The translations under genes and the position numbers were made by a program. Under the pieces are notes generated by a model. The model was not told the origin of the DNA, did not search any database, and saw only the letters and a program-made list of their open reading frames with translations. Shown in pieces: positions 28,621-44,994 of a stretch of DNA of 64,000 bases. The first letter of the stretch is position 1. Every line of letters begins with the position of its first letter. The stretch lies in the NCBI RefSeq assembly GCF_058153355.1, contig NZ_CM177019.1; one strand, written 5' to 3'.

Positions 28621-29953
28621 ACTCTTCTGTCGTTTGCGGTGGCACGCCCGTTCCGCTTGGTTTACGGCGCTTACCAATATTTTTGGTATCGCGATGGCGT
28701 TTTTTCACCCGTGGCTTCTCTTTCTCTTTAGCCTTTTTCTTCTCGGCGCGTTTTGCCAGTACTTTCTTCGATGGCTTGCCGGTCTGCTTCTCACTTGGCG
28801 CACGCGTTTTCGGGCGTAACTCATCAATTACGCGAGCTTTAATTGGCTCTTCAATATAACGGCCTACTTTGCCCAGCAGCAGATGGTCATGAGCTTCAAC
28901 CAGTGAAATCGCGGTTCCCTTACGACCAGCGCGAGCAGTACGTCCGATACGGTGTAAATAAGTATCGCCACTGCGTGGCATATCGAAGTTAAAGACATGG
29001 CTGACATCCGGAATGTCGATACCGCGCGCGGCAACATCGGTGGCAACCAGTACGTTAACGCGACCTTCGGTCAGACGCTTGATCGCTTCGTTACGCTTGC
29101 CTTGTACCATCTCACCTTCGAGATAGCAGTTGTTGATGCCCGCTTCGCGCAGCCAGTTTGCCAGTTCATGCACACGCTCACGCTTACGCACAAATACAAT
29201 TGAGCGGGTCGCTTCCGGTTGTTTTAACAGATGCACCAGTAATGCGGTTTTATGCTCAAGATCATCAGCACGGTAATACCACTGATGAATCTTTTTGCGC
29301 TCACGGGTGGATGGATTCGCAGAAACTTCCACCGGATCTTCAAGCAGACGCTCGGCAAAATCCTGAATGGCATCGCCTTCAAGCGTTGCCGAGAAGAGCA
29401 GGGTCTGTTTACGCCAGCGCGTTTCGCCTGCAATATGTTCGATATCCTGAGCAAAACCCATATCCAGCATACGGTCTGCTTCGTCGAGGATCAGCGTTTC
29501 AACCGCGCGGCAATCGAAGTTCTCTTCTTTTATGTATTGCAGCAGACGTCCGGTCGTGGCAACCACGATATCCTGGTTTTCGCTGAATACTTCCGCGTGG
29601 TTCATATAGGCTACGCCGCCGGTGATGGTGGCGATATCCAGATGCGTATGTTTCGCCAGTTCGCGGGCATGATCGGCCACCTGCATCGCCAGTTCGCGAG
29701 TCGGGGTGAGGATCAAAATACGCGGCGGACCGGATTTCTTACGGGGGAAATCGAGCAGGTGCTGCAACGCTGGCAGCAGATACGCCGCCGTTTTACCGGT
29801 GCCTGTCGGCGCAGAACCGAGTACATCACGGCCATCGAGCGCAGGCGGAATGGCGGCAGCCTGAATGGCGGTCGGGCGAGTGAAACCTTTATCCTGGAGG
29901 GCTTCCAGCAGGCTTTCGTCGAGTTCAAGTTCGGAAAAAGTCGTTACAGTCAT
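28619..29953 (-). CDS. srmB: DEAD-box ATP-dependent RNA helicase
   Basis: 444-aa ORF with GTGKT, DEAD and lysine-rich C-terminal tail. Confidence 0.95.
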   Translation of the reverse strand: MTVTTFSELELDESLLEALQDKGFTRPTAIQAAAIPPALDGRDVLGSAPTGTGKTAAYLLPALQHLLDFPRKKSGPPRILILTPTRELAMQVADHARELAKHTHLDIATITGGVAYMNHAEVFSENQDIVVATTGRLLQYIKEENFDCRAVETLILDEADRMLDMGFAQDIEHIAGETRWRKQTLLFSATLEGDAIQDFAERLLEDPVEVSANPSTRERKKIHQWYYRADDLEHKTALLVHLLKQPEATRSIVFVRKRERVHELANWLREAGINNCYLEGEMVQGKRNEAIKRLTEGRVNVLVATDVAARGIDIPDVSHVFNFDMPRSGDTYLHRIGRTARAGRKGTAISLVEAHDHLLLGKVGRYIEEPIKARVIDELRPKTRAPSEKQTGKPSKKVLAKRAEKKKAKEKEKPRVKKRHRDTKNIGKRRKPSGTGVPPQTTEE

Positions 29954-30084
29954 GTTCTACCTCTGTGTGGGGCGCTGATTATAGACGTTACGGCTGCAAT
30001 CTTCATCTGTTTGTATGGATATCGCTTCTCGGGTATTGTTCTCACCCGGTGCTATCGCCGTTTTTCCTGCAAGGTTTTATTTTC

Positions 30085-32471
<2,387 letters not shown>

Positions 32472-32725
32472 TCATGTTGTGCGATTAAACACCTGCTATT
32501 TTAATTTTTGTTACAGGGGCTAAACAGACCGAATCACGGCGACGAGAAAACGAGAAGTTACTGGCTGGCGAAGGATTAGGTGGTGAAATAAAAAGGCCGT
32601 TGGGTTACTCTTCAGGCAGTTAAATGGGCATTTCTACACAGATAATGCGATGTTCAGATTCTGTAGACTTATAATGATAGATAATGATCCGTCTACAGCA
32701 TGACAAACAAAAACAGATGCGTTAC

Positions 32726-32755
32726 GGAACTTTACAAAAACGAGACACTCTAACC
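32726..32755 (+). promoter_or_regulatory. Sigma-E dependent promoter of rpoE
   Basis: GGAACTT at 32726-32732 and TCTAA at 32749-32753 match the sigma-E -35/-10 consensus. Confidence 0.6.
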
Positions 32756-32835
32756 CTTTGCTTGCTCAAATTGCAGCTAATGGAGTGGCGTTTCGATAGC
32801 GCGTGGAAATTTGGTTTGGGGAGACTTTACCTCGG

Positions 32836-33411
32836 ATGAGCGAGCAGTTAACGGACCAGGTCCTGGTTGAACGGGTCCAGAAGGGAGATCAGAAAGCCTT
32901 TAACTTACTGGTAGTGCGCTATCAGCATAAAGTGGCGAGTCTGGTTTCCCGCTATGTGCCGTCGGGTGATGTTCCCGATGTGGTACAAGAAGCTTTTATT
33001 AAAGCCTATCGTGCGCTGGATTCGTTCCGGGGAGATAGCGCTTTTTATACATGGCTGTATCGGATTGCTGTAAATACAGCGAAAAATTACCTGGTTGCTC
33101 AGGGACGCCGTCCACCTTCCAGTGATGTGGATGCCATTGAAGCTGAAAACTTCGAAAGTGGCGGCGCGTTGAAAGAAATTTCGAACCCTGAGAACTTAAT
33201 GTTGTCAGAAGAACTGAGACAGATAGTTTTCCGAACTATTGAGTCCCTCCCGGAAGATTTACGCATGGCAATAACCTTGCGGGAGCTGGATGGCCTGAGC
33301 TATGAAGAGATAGCCGCTATCATGGATTGTCCGGTAGGTACGGTGCGTTCACGTATCTTCCGAGCGAGGGAAGCTATTGATAACAAAGTTCAACCGCTTA
33401 TCAGGCGTTGA
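32836..33411 (+). CDS. rpoE: RNA polymerase sigma-E factor
   Basis: ORF trimmed to MSEQLTDQVLVERVQKGD start (191 aa). Confidence 0.97.
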   Translation: MSEQLTDQVLVERVQKGDQKAFNLLVVRYQHKVASLVSRYVPSGDVPDVVQEAFIKAYRALDSFRGDSAFYTWLYRIAVNTAKNYLVAQGRRPPSSDVDAIEAENFESGGALKEISNPENLMLSEELRQIVFRTIESLPEDLRMAITLRELDGLSYEEIAAIMDCPVGTVRSRIFRAREAIDNKVQPLIRR

Positions 33412-33443
33412 CGATAGCGGGATACTGGATAAGGGTATTAGGC

Positions 33444-34094
33444 ATGCAGAAAGAACAACTTTCCGCTTTAATGGATGGCGAAACGCTGGATAGTGAGCTG
33501 CTTAACGAACTGGCTCATAACCCAGAAATGCAGAAAACCTGGGAAAGCTATCACTTAATCCGTGACTCAATGCGGGGTGATACTCCCGAGGTGCTCCATT
33601 TCGATATCTCTTCACGCGTAATGGCCGCCATTGAAGAAGAGCCAGTACGTCAACCGGCGACACTGATCCCAGAGGCCCAGCCTGCGCCGCATCAATGGCA
33701 GAAAATGCCATTCTGGCAGAAAGTACGTCCATGGGCAGCACAGCTTACCCAAATGGGCGTAGCAGCATGCGTATCGCTTGCAGTTATCGTTGGCGTCCAG
33801 CACTATAATGGGCAATCTGAAACGTCCCAGCAGCCCGAAACGCCAGTATTTAATACACTGCCGATGATGGGTAAAGCCAGCCCGGTTAGCCTGGGAGTAC
33901 CTTCTGAAGCGACTGCAAATAATGGTCAACAGCAGCAGGTACAGGAGCAGCGTCGTCGCATTAATGCAATGTTGCAGGATTACGAACTGCAACGTCGACT
34001 CCACTCTGAACAGCTTCAGTTTGAGCAGGCCCAAACACAGCAAGCCGCTGTACAGGTGCCAGGAATTCAAACTTTAGGAACGCAATCGCAGTAA
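33444..34094 (+). CDS. rseA: Anti-sigma-E factor RseA
   Basis: ORF trimmed to MQKEQLSALMDGE start (216 aa); single TM segment, Gln-rich C-terminus. Confidence 0.95.
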   Translation: MQKEQLSALMDGETLDSELLNELAHNPEMQKTWESYHLIRDSMRGDTPEVLHFDISSRVMAAIEEEPVRQPATLIPEAQPAPHQWQKMPFWQKVRPWAAQLTQMGVAACVSLAVIVGVQHYNGQSETSQQPETPVFNTLPMMGKASPVSLGVPSEATANNGQQQQVQEQRRRINAMLQDYELQRRLHSEQLQFEQAQTQQAAVQVPGIQTLGTQSQ

Positions 34095-35050
34095 TGAAGC
34101 AACTTTGGTTTGCCATGTCATTAGTGACAGGTAGCCTGTTATTCTCTGCTAACGCCTCGGCCACTCCCGCGTCCGGGGCGTTATTACAGCAGATGAACCT
34201 GGCCAGTCAGTCACTGAATTACGAGCTGTCATTCATCAGCATCAATAAACAGGGTGTTGAGTCTCTGCGTTATCGACATGCACGCCTCGATAACCGTCCT
34301 CTTGCACAATTGTTGCAAATGGATGGCCCGCGCCGGGAAGTGGTACAGCGCGGCAATGAAATCAGCTACTTTGAACCGGGCCTTGAACCGTTCACGCTTA
34401 ATGGCGATTACATTGTTGATTCTCTGCCATCGCTCATCTATACCGATTTCAAACGCCTTTCTCCTTACTACGATTTTATCTCCGTGGGACGCACGCGTAT
34501 TGCTGATCGTCTTTGCGAAGTCATTCGCGTGGTGGCCCGTGATGGCACACGCTATAGCTACATCGTGTGGATGGACACCGAATCGAAATTACCGATGCGG
34601 GTTGATCTCCTTGATCGCGATGGTGAAACGCTGGAACAATTTCGCGTGATTGCTTTTAACGTTAATCAGGATATCAGCAGCAGTATGCAGACGCTGGCGA
34701 AAGCAAATCTGCCGCCGCTGCTTTCTGTTCCTGTAGGTGAAAAAGCTAAATTCAGCTGGACGCCAACCTGGTTGCCACAGGGGTTTAGTGAAGTTTCCAG
34801 CAGCCGACGTCCGTTACCGACGATGGACAACATGCCTATCGAATCACGTCTCTATTCCGACGGATTATTCAGTTTCTCGGTAAACGTTAACCGCGCTACG
34901 CCATCGAGCACCGATCAGATGTTGCGCACCGGACGCAGAACCGTCAGTACAAGCGTACGTGATAACGCCGAAATCACCATTGTCGGCGAACTGCCGCCAC
35001 AAACGGCGAAACGCATTGCCGAGAATATTAAGTTTGGGGCAGCGCAATGA
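34094..35050 (+). CDS. rseB: Sigma-E regulatory protein RseB
   Basis: 318-aa ORF with signal peptide, start overlaps rseA stop. Confidence 0.95.
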   Translation: MKQLWFAMSLVTGSLLFSANASATPASGALLQQMNLASQSLNYELSFISINKQGVESLRYRHARLDNRPLAQLLQMDGPRREVVQRGNEISYFEPGLEPFTLNGDYIVDSLPSLIYTDFKRLSPYYDFISVGRTRIADRLCEVIRVVARDGTRYSYIVWMDTESKLPMRVDLLDRDGETLEQFRVIAFNVNQDISSSMQTLAKANLPPLLSVPVGEKAKFSWTPTWLPQGFSEVSSSRRPLPTMDNMPIESRLYSDGLFSFSVNVNRATPSSTDQMLRTGRRTVSTSVRDNAEITIVGELPPQTAKRIAENIKFGAAQ

Positions 35051-35526
35051 TCAAAGAGTGGGCTACTGTCGTCTCCTGGCAAAACGGGCAGGCGCTGGTC
35101 AGTTGTGATGTTAAAGCCTCATGCAGCAGCTGTGCTTCCCGTGTCGGTTGCGGTAGCCGCGTGCTGAATAAACTTGGCCCACAAACCACGCATACCATTG
35201 TCGTACCCTGTGATGAACCATTAGTGCCGGGGCAAAAAGTGGAATTAGGAATCACCGAAGGCAGCCTGCTTAGCTCCGCATTACTGGTTTATATGTCGCC
35301 GTTGGTGGGATTATTCCTCATCGCTTCGTTATTTCAGCTACTCTTTGCTTCAGATATTGCAGCATTATGCGGTGCGATTCTCGGCGGCGTTGGTGGATTC
35401 CTGATTGCACGCGGCTACTCGCGAAAGTTTGCTGCCCGGGCGGAATGGCAACCGATCATCTTAAGCGTGGCATTGCCGCCAGGCCTTGTGCGATTTGAAA
35501 CATCTTCGGAAGACGCGAGCCAGTGA
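35047..35526 (+). CDS. rseC: Sigma-E regulatory protein RseC
   Basis: 159-aa ORF overlapping rseB stop; Cys cluster and two TM helices. Confidence 0.93.
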   Translation: MIKEWATVVSWQNGQALVSCDVKASCSSCASRVGCGSRVLNKLGPQTTHTIVVPCDEPLVPGQKVELGITEGSLLSSALLVYMSPLVGLFLIASLFQLLFASDIAALCGAILGGVGGFLIARGYSRKFAARAEWQPIILSVALPPGLVRFETSSEDASQ

Positions 35527-35723
35527 TTTCACTGGCTTTGTTGCATTTTGCATAACAAATGCGAGGACGTTTCCAGATACCACAATCCATACCGTATGAA
35601 CATTTCCTCGCCTCAATGTTGTAGTGTAGAATGCGGCGTTTCTATTAATACAGACGTTAAGCTCAGAACAGCGACTTCTAAAAGCCTGGTTAACCGGGCA
35701 TTAAGGCACAATAATCATACTTT

Positions 35724-37523
<1,800 letters not shown>

Positions 37524-37538
37524 CCCTTAGGAGTTGGC

Positions 37539-38513
37539 ATGGCGAATATGTTTGCCCTGATTCTGGTGATTGCCACACTGGTGACGGGCATTTTATGGTG
37601 CGTGGATAAATTCTTTTTCGCACCTAAACGGCGGGAACGTCAGGCAGCGGCGCAGGCGGCTGCCGGTGACTCACTGGATAAAGCAACGCTGAAGAAAGTT
37701 GCGCCGAAGCCTGGCTGGCTGGAAACCGGTGCTTCTGTTTTTCCGGTGCTGGCTATCGTATTGATTGTGCGTTCGTTTATTTATGAACCGTTCCAGATCC
37801 CGTCAGGTTCGATGATGCCGACTCTGTTAATCGGTGACTTTATTCTGGTAGAAAAGTTTGCTTACGGCATTAAAGATCCTATCTACCAGAAAACGCTGAT
37901 CGAAACCGGTCATCCGAAACGTGGCGATATCGTGGTCTTTAAATACCCGGAAGATCCAAAGCTTGATTACATCAAGCGTGCGGTGGGTTTACCGGGCGAT
38001 AAAGTCACTTACGATCCGGTTTCAAAAGAGCTGACGATTCAGCCGGGATGTAGCTCCGGTCAGGCGTGTGAAAACGCGCTGCCGGTCACCTACTCAAACG
38101 TGGAACCGAGCGATTTCGTTCAGACCTTCTCACGTCGTAATGGTGGGGAAGCAACCAGCGGATTCTTTGAAGTGCCGAAAAACGAAACCAAAGAAAATGG
38201 AATTCGTCTTTCCGAGCGTAAAGAGACTCTGGGTGATGTGACGCACCGTATTCTGACAGTGCCGATTGCGCAGGATCAGGTGGGGATGTATTACCAGCAG
38301 CCAGGGCAACAACTGGCAACCTGGATTGTTCCACCGGGCCAATACTTCATGATGGGTGACAACCGTGACAACAGCGCGGACAGCCGTTACTGGGGCTTTG
38401 TGCCGGAAGCGAATCTGGTAGGTCGGGCAACGGCTATCTGGATGAGTTTCGATAAGCAAGAAGGCGAATGGCCGACTGGTGTGCGCTTAAGTCGTATTGG
38501 CGGCATCCATTAA
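37539..38513 (+). CDS. lepB: Signal peptidase I
   Basis: 324-aa ORF with catalytic SGSMMPTL motif. Confidence 0.97.
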   Translation: MANMFALILVIATLVTGILWCVDKFFFAPKRRERQAAAQAAAGDSLDKATLKKVAPKPGWLETGASVFPVLAIVLIVRSFIYEPFQIPSGSMMPTLLIGDFILVEKFAYGIKDPIYQKTLIETGHPKRGDIVVFKYPEDPKLDYIKRAVGLPGDKVTYDPVSKELTIQPGCSSGQACENALPVTYSNVEPSDFVQTFSRRNGGEATSGFFEVPKNETKENGIRLSERKETLGDVTHRILTVPIAQDQVGMYYQQPGQQLATWIVPPGQYFMMGDNRDNSADSRYWGFVPEANLVGRATAIWMSFDKQEGEWPTGVRLSRIGGIH

Positions 38514-38528
38514 TAGCTTATCTTCGTT

Positions 38529-38557
38529 CACGTTGTCGCCGTTATGGCGACAACGTG
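38529..38557 (+). promoter_or_regulatory. Perfect hairpin downstream of lepB / in rnc leader
   Basis: CACGTTGTCGCC-GTTAT-GGCGACAACGTG perfect 12-bp stem; weak T-tract, so terminator or RNase III leader element. Confidence 0.5.
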
Positions 38558-38755
38558 AATTATTTATGAGATAAATCTCCTGTGGCTAACGACATCCCCC
38601 GTCGTTGTGTATAGAATATTCCCCCGAAGTTTAAGGTTGGCATCTCCAGGTTGCCACGGCACACGAAACAGCGTTGGTCCCCATATACCGGTAAACTGAA
38701 ACTGCAGCGAAGCAGTTAGCAGAGCCATGTATATCAGGTCTGTTTCGTGTGCTGA

Positions 38756-40368
<1,613 letters not shown>

Positions 40369-40379
40369 GAGTAACTCCG

Positions 40380-41108
40380 ATGGAAGGCTGGCAGCGCGCA
40401 TTTGTCCTGCATAGTCGCCCGTGGAGCGAAACCAGCCTGATGCTGGACGTCTTCACGGAGGAATCGGGTCGCGTGCGTCTGGTTGCCAAAGGCGCACGCT
40501 CTAAACGCTCTACTCTGAAAGGTGCATTACAGCCCTTCACTCCTCTCTTGCTACGTTTTGGCGGGCGTGGCGAAGTCAAAACGCTGCGCAGTGCTGAAGC
40601 TGTCTCGCTGGCGCTGCCATTAAGCGGTATCACCCTTTACAGTGGTTTGTACATTAACGAACTTCTCTCCCGCGTGCTGGAATACGAGACGCGCTTCTCT
40701 GAACTCTTTTTCGATTACTTGCACTGCATTCAGTCTCTTGCAGGTGCCACTGGTACGCCAGAACCCGCGCTGCGCCGCTTTGAACTGGCACTGCTCGGTC
40801 ATCTGGGTTATGGCGTCAATTTTACCCATTGTGCGGGTAGCGGCGAGCCGGTAGATGACACCATGACGTATCGTTATCGCGAAGAAAAAGGGTTTATCGC
40901 AAGCGTCGTTATCGACAATAAAACGTTCACTGGAAGGCAGTTAAAAGCGTTAAACGCGCGGGAATTTCCTGACGCAGACACACTACGCGCCGCGAAACGC
41001 TTTACCCGCATGGCGCTTAAGCCGTATCTTGGCGGTAAACCATTAAAGAGCAGGGAACTGTTCCGGCAGTTTATGCCTAAGCGAACGGTGAAAACACATT
41101 ATGAATGA
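40380..41108 (+). CDS. recO: DNA repair protein RecO
   Basis: 242-aa ORF recognised as RecO, conserved position after era. Confidence 0.95.
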
Positions 41109-41119
41109 TGAGGATTGTC

Positions 41120-41851
41120 ATGGCTGAATTACTGTTAGGCGTCAACATTGACCATATTGCAACGCTGCGTAACGCACGTGGTACTGCTTACCCGGATCCG
41201 GTGCAGGCGGCGTTTATTGCTGAGCAGGCGGGGGCGGATGGCATTACCGTGCATCTACGTGAAGATCGTCGCCACATTACCGACCGCGACGTGCGCATCC
41301 TGCGTCAGACGCTGGATACCCGCATGAATCTGGAGATGGCGGTGACCGAAGAGATGCTGGCGATCGCCGTTGAAACAAAGCCGCATTTTTGCTGCCTGGT
41401 ACCTGAAAAGCGCCAGGAAGTCACAACCGAAGGTGGCCTGGACGTCGCAGGGCAGCGTGACAAAATGCGCGATGCCTGTAAACGTCTGGCGGATGCCGGG
41501 ATTCAGGTTTCTCTGTTTATCGACGCCGATGAAGAGCAGATCAAAGCCGCGGCAGAGGTTGGCGCACCGTTCATCGAGATCCACACCGGTTGCTATGCTG
41601 ATGCCAAAACTGACGCCGAACAGGCGCAAGAGCTGGCGCGTATCGCCAAAGCCGCGGCCTTTGCCGCAAGTCTCGGTCTGAAAGTTAACGCTGGTCACGG
41701 TCTGACCTATCACAACGTGAAAGCCATTGCCGCCATTCCTGAGATGCACGAACTGAATATCGGTCATGCCATTATTGGTCGTGCAGTGATGACCGGACTG
41801 AAAGATGCGGTGGCAGAAATGAAGCGTTTGATGCTGGAAGCGCGTGGCTAA
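41120..41851 (+). CDS. pdxJ: Pyridoxine 5'-phosphate synthase
   Basis: ORF trimmed to [21 protein letters not shown] start (243 aa). Confidence 0.95.
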   Translation: MAELLLGVNIDHIATLRNARGTAYPDPVQAAFIAEQAGADGITVHLREDRRHITDRDVRILRQTLDTRMNLEMAVTEEMLAIAVETKPHFCCLVPEKRQEVTTEGGLDVAGQRDKMRDACKRLADAGIQVSLFIDADEEQIKAAAEVGAPFIEIHTGCYADAKTDAEQAQELARIAKAAAFAASLGLKVNAGHGLTYHNVKAIAAIPEMHELNIGHAIIGRAVMTGLKDAVAEMKRLMLEARG

Positions 41852-42231
41852 TGGCAATATTAGGTTTAGGCACGGATATCGTGGAGATCGCTCGCATAGA
41901 AGCGGTGATCGCCCGATCCGGTGAGCGCCTGGCTCGCCGCGTATTAAGCGATAACGAATGGGAAATCTGGAAAACGCACCACCAGCCAGTGCGTTTTCTG
42001 GCGAAACGCTTTGCCGTAAAAGAAGCCGCAGCAAAAGCGTTTGGCACCGGGATCCGCAATGGTCTGGCGTTTAATCAGTTTGAAGTTTTCAACGATGAGC
42101 TTGGTAAACCACGGCTGCGACTGTGGGGTGAGGCATTAAAACTGGCGGAAAAACTCGGCGTTGTAAATATGCATGTAACGCTGGCAGATGAACGTCATTA
42201 TGCTTGCGCCACGGTAATTATCGAAAGTTAA
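41851..42231 (+). CDS. acpS: Holo-ACP synthase
   Basis: 126-aa [20 protein letters not shown]... Confidence 0.95.
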   Translation: MAILGLGTDIVEIARIEAVIARSGERLARRVLSDNEWEIWKTHHQPVRFLAKRFAVKEAAAKAFGTGIRNGLAFNQFEVFNDELGKPRLRLWGEALKLAEKLGVVNMHVTLADERHYACATVIIES

Positions 42232-42650
42232 AATAATACCGTTCTCTTTAAAAAGTAAAACCCCCGAACTGGTAAGGAACGGGGGTTTTACTTTACAACT
42301 TTAATTTTGTGCAGCACGCACCCTCAATGAGAGCGATTATGGATCAGTGTGGTTATCTTTTACAAGCAACTTGCAATCTTTAGTATAAAAACTCGAGCCT
42401 TGACGAAGAAATCGATATTGATGGAAAGATTAACGTGACCACCAATTCGTAAGTACATTAAAATTGGCTTCGTTATTGGAGATTTTGCTGTGCTTTAAAC
42501 CATATCACTGAATTCCCCCATTGAAACGAGTGGTGTCGTCAAAGCTCTGGTGTGGAGTGCAGCATGCACCCTCAATAACTCGCACGTTCAGATTTGGGGA
42601 GATGTAAGGGCTAATCTTAACGGCTGCATTCCTTGTTTAAGGAAAAACGA

Positions 42651-42731
42651 ATGACTGATTGCCGATACCTGATTAAACAGGTCATTAAAGTCGTCATTGC
42701 TGTTTTACAGCTGATCCTTCTGTTCTTGTAA
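42651..42731 (+). CDS. shoB: ShoB-like type I toxin peptide (26 aa, hydrophobic)
   Basis: Unlisted short ORF MTDCRYLIKQVIKVVIAVLQLILLFL with AAGGAA SD; matches recalled ShoB. Confidence 0.8.
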   Translation: MTDCRYLIKQVIKVVIAVLQLILLFL

Positions 42732-42924
42732 CACCAGGAAACGTACTTAAGGCGCGTCAGGTTAACCAGCCAGGCGCGCCTTTAATAATTATAAATAAAT
42801 GTCTGGGCAGATATTATATAAATTCATTTGGTGAATAATTATGCTAATGTCATCAATTAAATAAATATAATGGCGTTAAGGCTTTCCTGTAAAATAATTA
42901 ATACTCTACTTCCAGAGCAGAATA

Positions 42925-43194
<270 letters not shown>

Positions 43195-43393
43195 TTACCG
43201 TTAAATCATTTTAAAATCAGTAAGTTGTATCGAGTTTGTATGCTTTACTGTCATTAACTTACTGTATGTTGATCCAGTGTATTTAACCTTGATAAACTCA
43301 GTCCAGCAACACAAAACCGCAACACATTGCATTTTGTCCCGTAGAAAAGACTTGTATGTGTGAGCTTGTTTTCTGCGCCTACGCAGATAAGGA

Positions 43394-44797
43394 TTGAGAA
43401 TGCCGCGCACTGTAACACATAATCCGGATAGCCCCAATAATGACGATGTTTTAGCCGCATCTGAAAAATGGGACGCCTGTAAACCCCCCTATACCAGCGC
43501 ACACATGAAAATCTGTGTTGCTGCCGCCAAAATCATCCTCGCTGCTTCCGGCGTGGCTCGCCGTTCCAAATACGAAAAAGAGAACTATCTCCGTATCGAT
43601 TTCAGCAAAGCCGGTAAGGTTACATTTTACGCCGAGTTTCCAAAAAAGATGGGCCTCAAGGGTAAAAAGCTCGGCGAGTGGCCGGAGCTCGCTATCCAGC
43701 TGGCGCGCGAAAAAGCGCTAGGTATGGCTGACGGTGGCTTGCGGGCAGAGTCCGTACATGCAGCGCTGGAAATGTACCGGGATGACCTCAAAGCCAAAGT
43801 CGCCCGGCAGAAGCTGAGCCTGGACAGTTTCACAACCTACGGGGTGCGTATCGACCGGATTAAAGCAACGTTCGGCGAGCGTGAGGTGTTCAGCGACGTA
43901 ACATACAATCGGCTGGTGGAAGTGCTGGACGAGTGGATCGCCACTCGCTCGAACAATAACGCCCTGGAGTTGTTTGCCGAGCTCCGTCGGTTCTGGAAGT
44001 TCTGCGCACCTACTCTTTGCAACGGCCGCAATGTTGCCGCCAGTCTGCCAGATGATTATGTTTCCTCCCGCGTACAGAAACCCACCCCCACACGGCTTTT
44101 TACCGATATTGAATCAATCGCCCGACTCTGGCTCAATGTTGCTGCCTGCACCTCTGTACACCAGAAGAATGCTGTTCGCTTCATGATCATCACTGGTGTT
44201 CGTCCGATTAATGTCCATAACCTGCGCTGGGACTACGTTTACGAGGAGGCTGGTGAAATTGTTTATCCGGAAGGGGTTATCGGCATGCGAGGGGCTATGA
44301 AAACACAAAAGGCTTTCCGCCTGCCAATAACGCCGGAGATCCGGCGGATTATCGACGAGCAGAAAGCATGGCGTGATTCAGTTCCTGAGTGCAACAGGGA
44401 TTATGTATTTTTGCAGCCGCGTGATCCAATGCAGCCATTTTCAAAACGATCACTGGATAAGCTGGTGAAAACATACAGCCCGGACGGGGCTGTAAAAGGA
44501 ATAAAACATGATGGGACTGTTAAAGGGAAAGACGGTGCATTTAATACGATGTGCCGTAAATTCCTTAAGAGCAATGTTATTGCCTTGATGAAGGAAAGAG
44601 GCTATTCCCGATCAGACCGAAGGGAAATCAGCCTCCTTTGCCTTCACCACTCCAGCAAGTCAGATGACCCGATGGCAGAACATTACGACTTTTCTGATGA
44701 GATTTTACAGGAAGAGATTGCGTTAAAGCGCGAAGCTTTCGAGGCTCACGAGCGGAGCATACTTGCGCAGGTTGCATTGCTACGGCGGCGAGGTTAA
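43394..44797 (+). CDS. int: Phage integrase (probable tyrosine recombinase, divergent)
   Basis: 467-aa ORF at prophage edge beside AlpA-like gene; C-terminal region with conserved R, H and Y residues (..AEHYDF). Confidence 0.7.
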   Translation: MRMPRTVTHNPDSPNNDDVLAASEKWDACKPPYTSAHMKICVAAAKIILAASGVARRSKYEKENYLRIDFSKAGKVTFYAEFPKKMGLKGKKLGEWPELAIQLAREKALGMADGGLRAESVHAALEMYRDDLKAKVARQKLSLDSFTTYGVRIDRIKATFGEREVFSDVTYNRLVEVLDEWIATRSNNNALELFAELRRFWKFCAPTLCNGRNVAASLPDDYVSSRVQKPTPTRLFTDIESIARLWLNVAACTSVHQKNAVRFMIITGVRPINVHNLRWDYVYEEAGEIVYPEGVIGMRGAMKTQKAFRLPITPEIRRIIDEQKAWRDSVPECNRDYVFLQPRDPMQPFSKRSLDKLVKTYSPDGAVKGIKHDGTVKGKDGAFNTMCRKFLKSNVIALMKERGYSRSDRREISLLCLHHSSKSDDPMAEHYDFSDEILQEEIALKREAFEAHERSILAQVALLRRRG

Positions 44798-44994
44798 TAC
44801 TGGCTGCGACACTTTTGAATAAAAGCGTCGACATTTCGGCGCTCATAACGAACTACTTTTGCACTGAAACGAATTGGTGCCAGGATAGCCCGATGACGAT
44901 GCTTAATATTCCACTCACATAGCGTTTTCTGTGTAATACCTAACTTTTGGCATACTTCATCTGGGGTGAGTAAATCGTCGGGTTTCTCGCTCAT
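44794..44994 (-). CDS. AlpA/excisionase-type HTH DNA-binding protein
   Basis: 66-aa ORF LLTPDEVCQKLGITQKTLCEW typical of AlpA/Xis family; stop overlaps int stop. Confidence 0.75.
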   Translation of the reverse strand: MSEKPDDLLTPDEVCQKLGITQKTLCEWNIKHRHRAILAPIRFSAKVVRYERRNVDAFIQKCRSQY

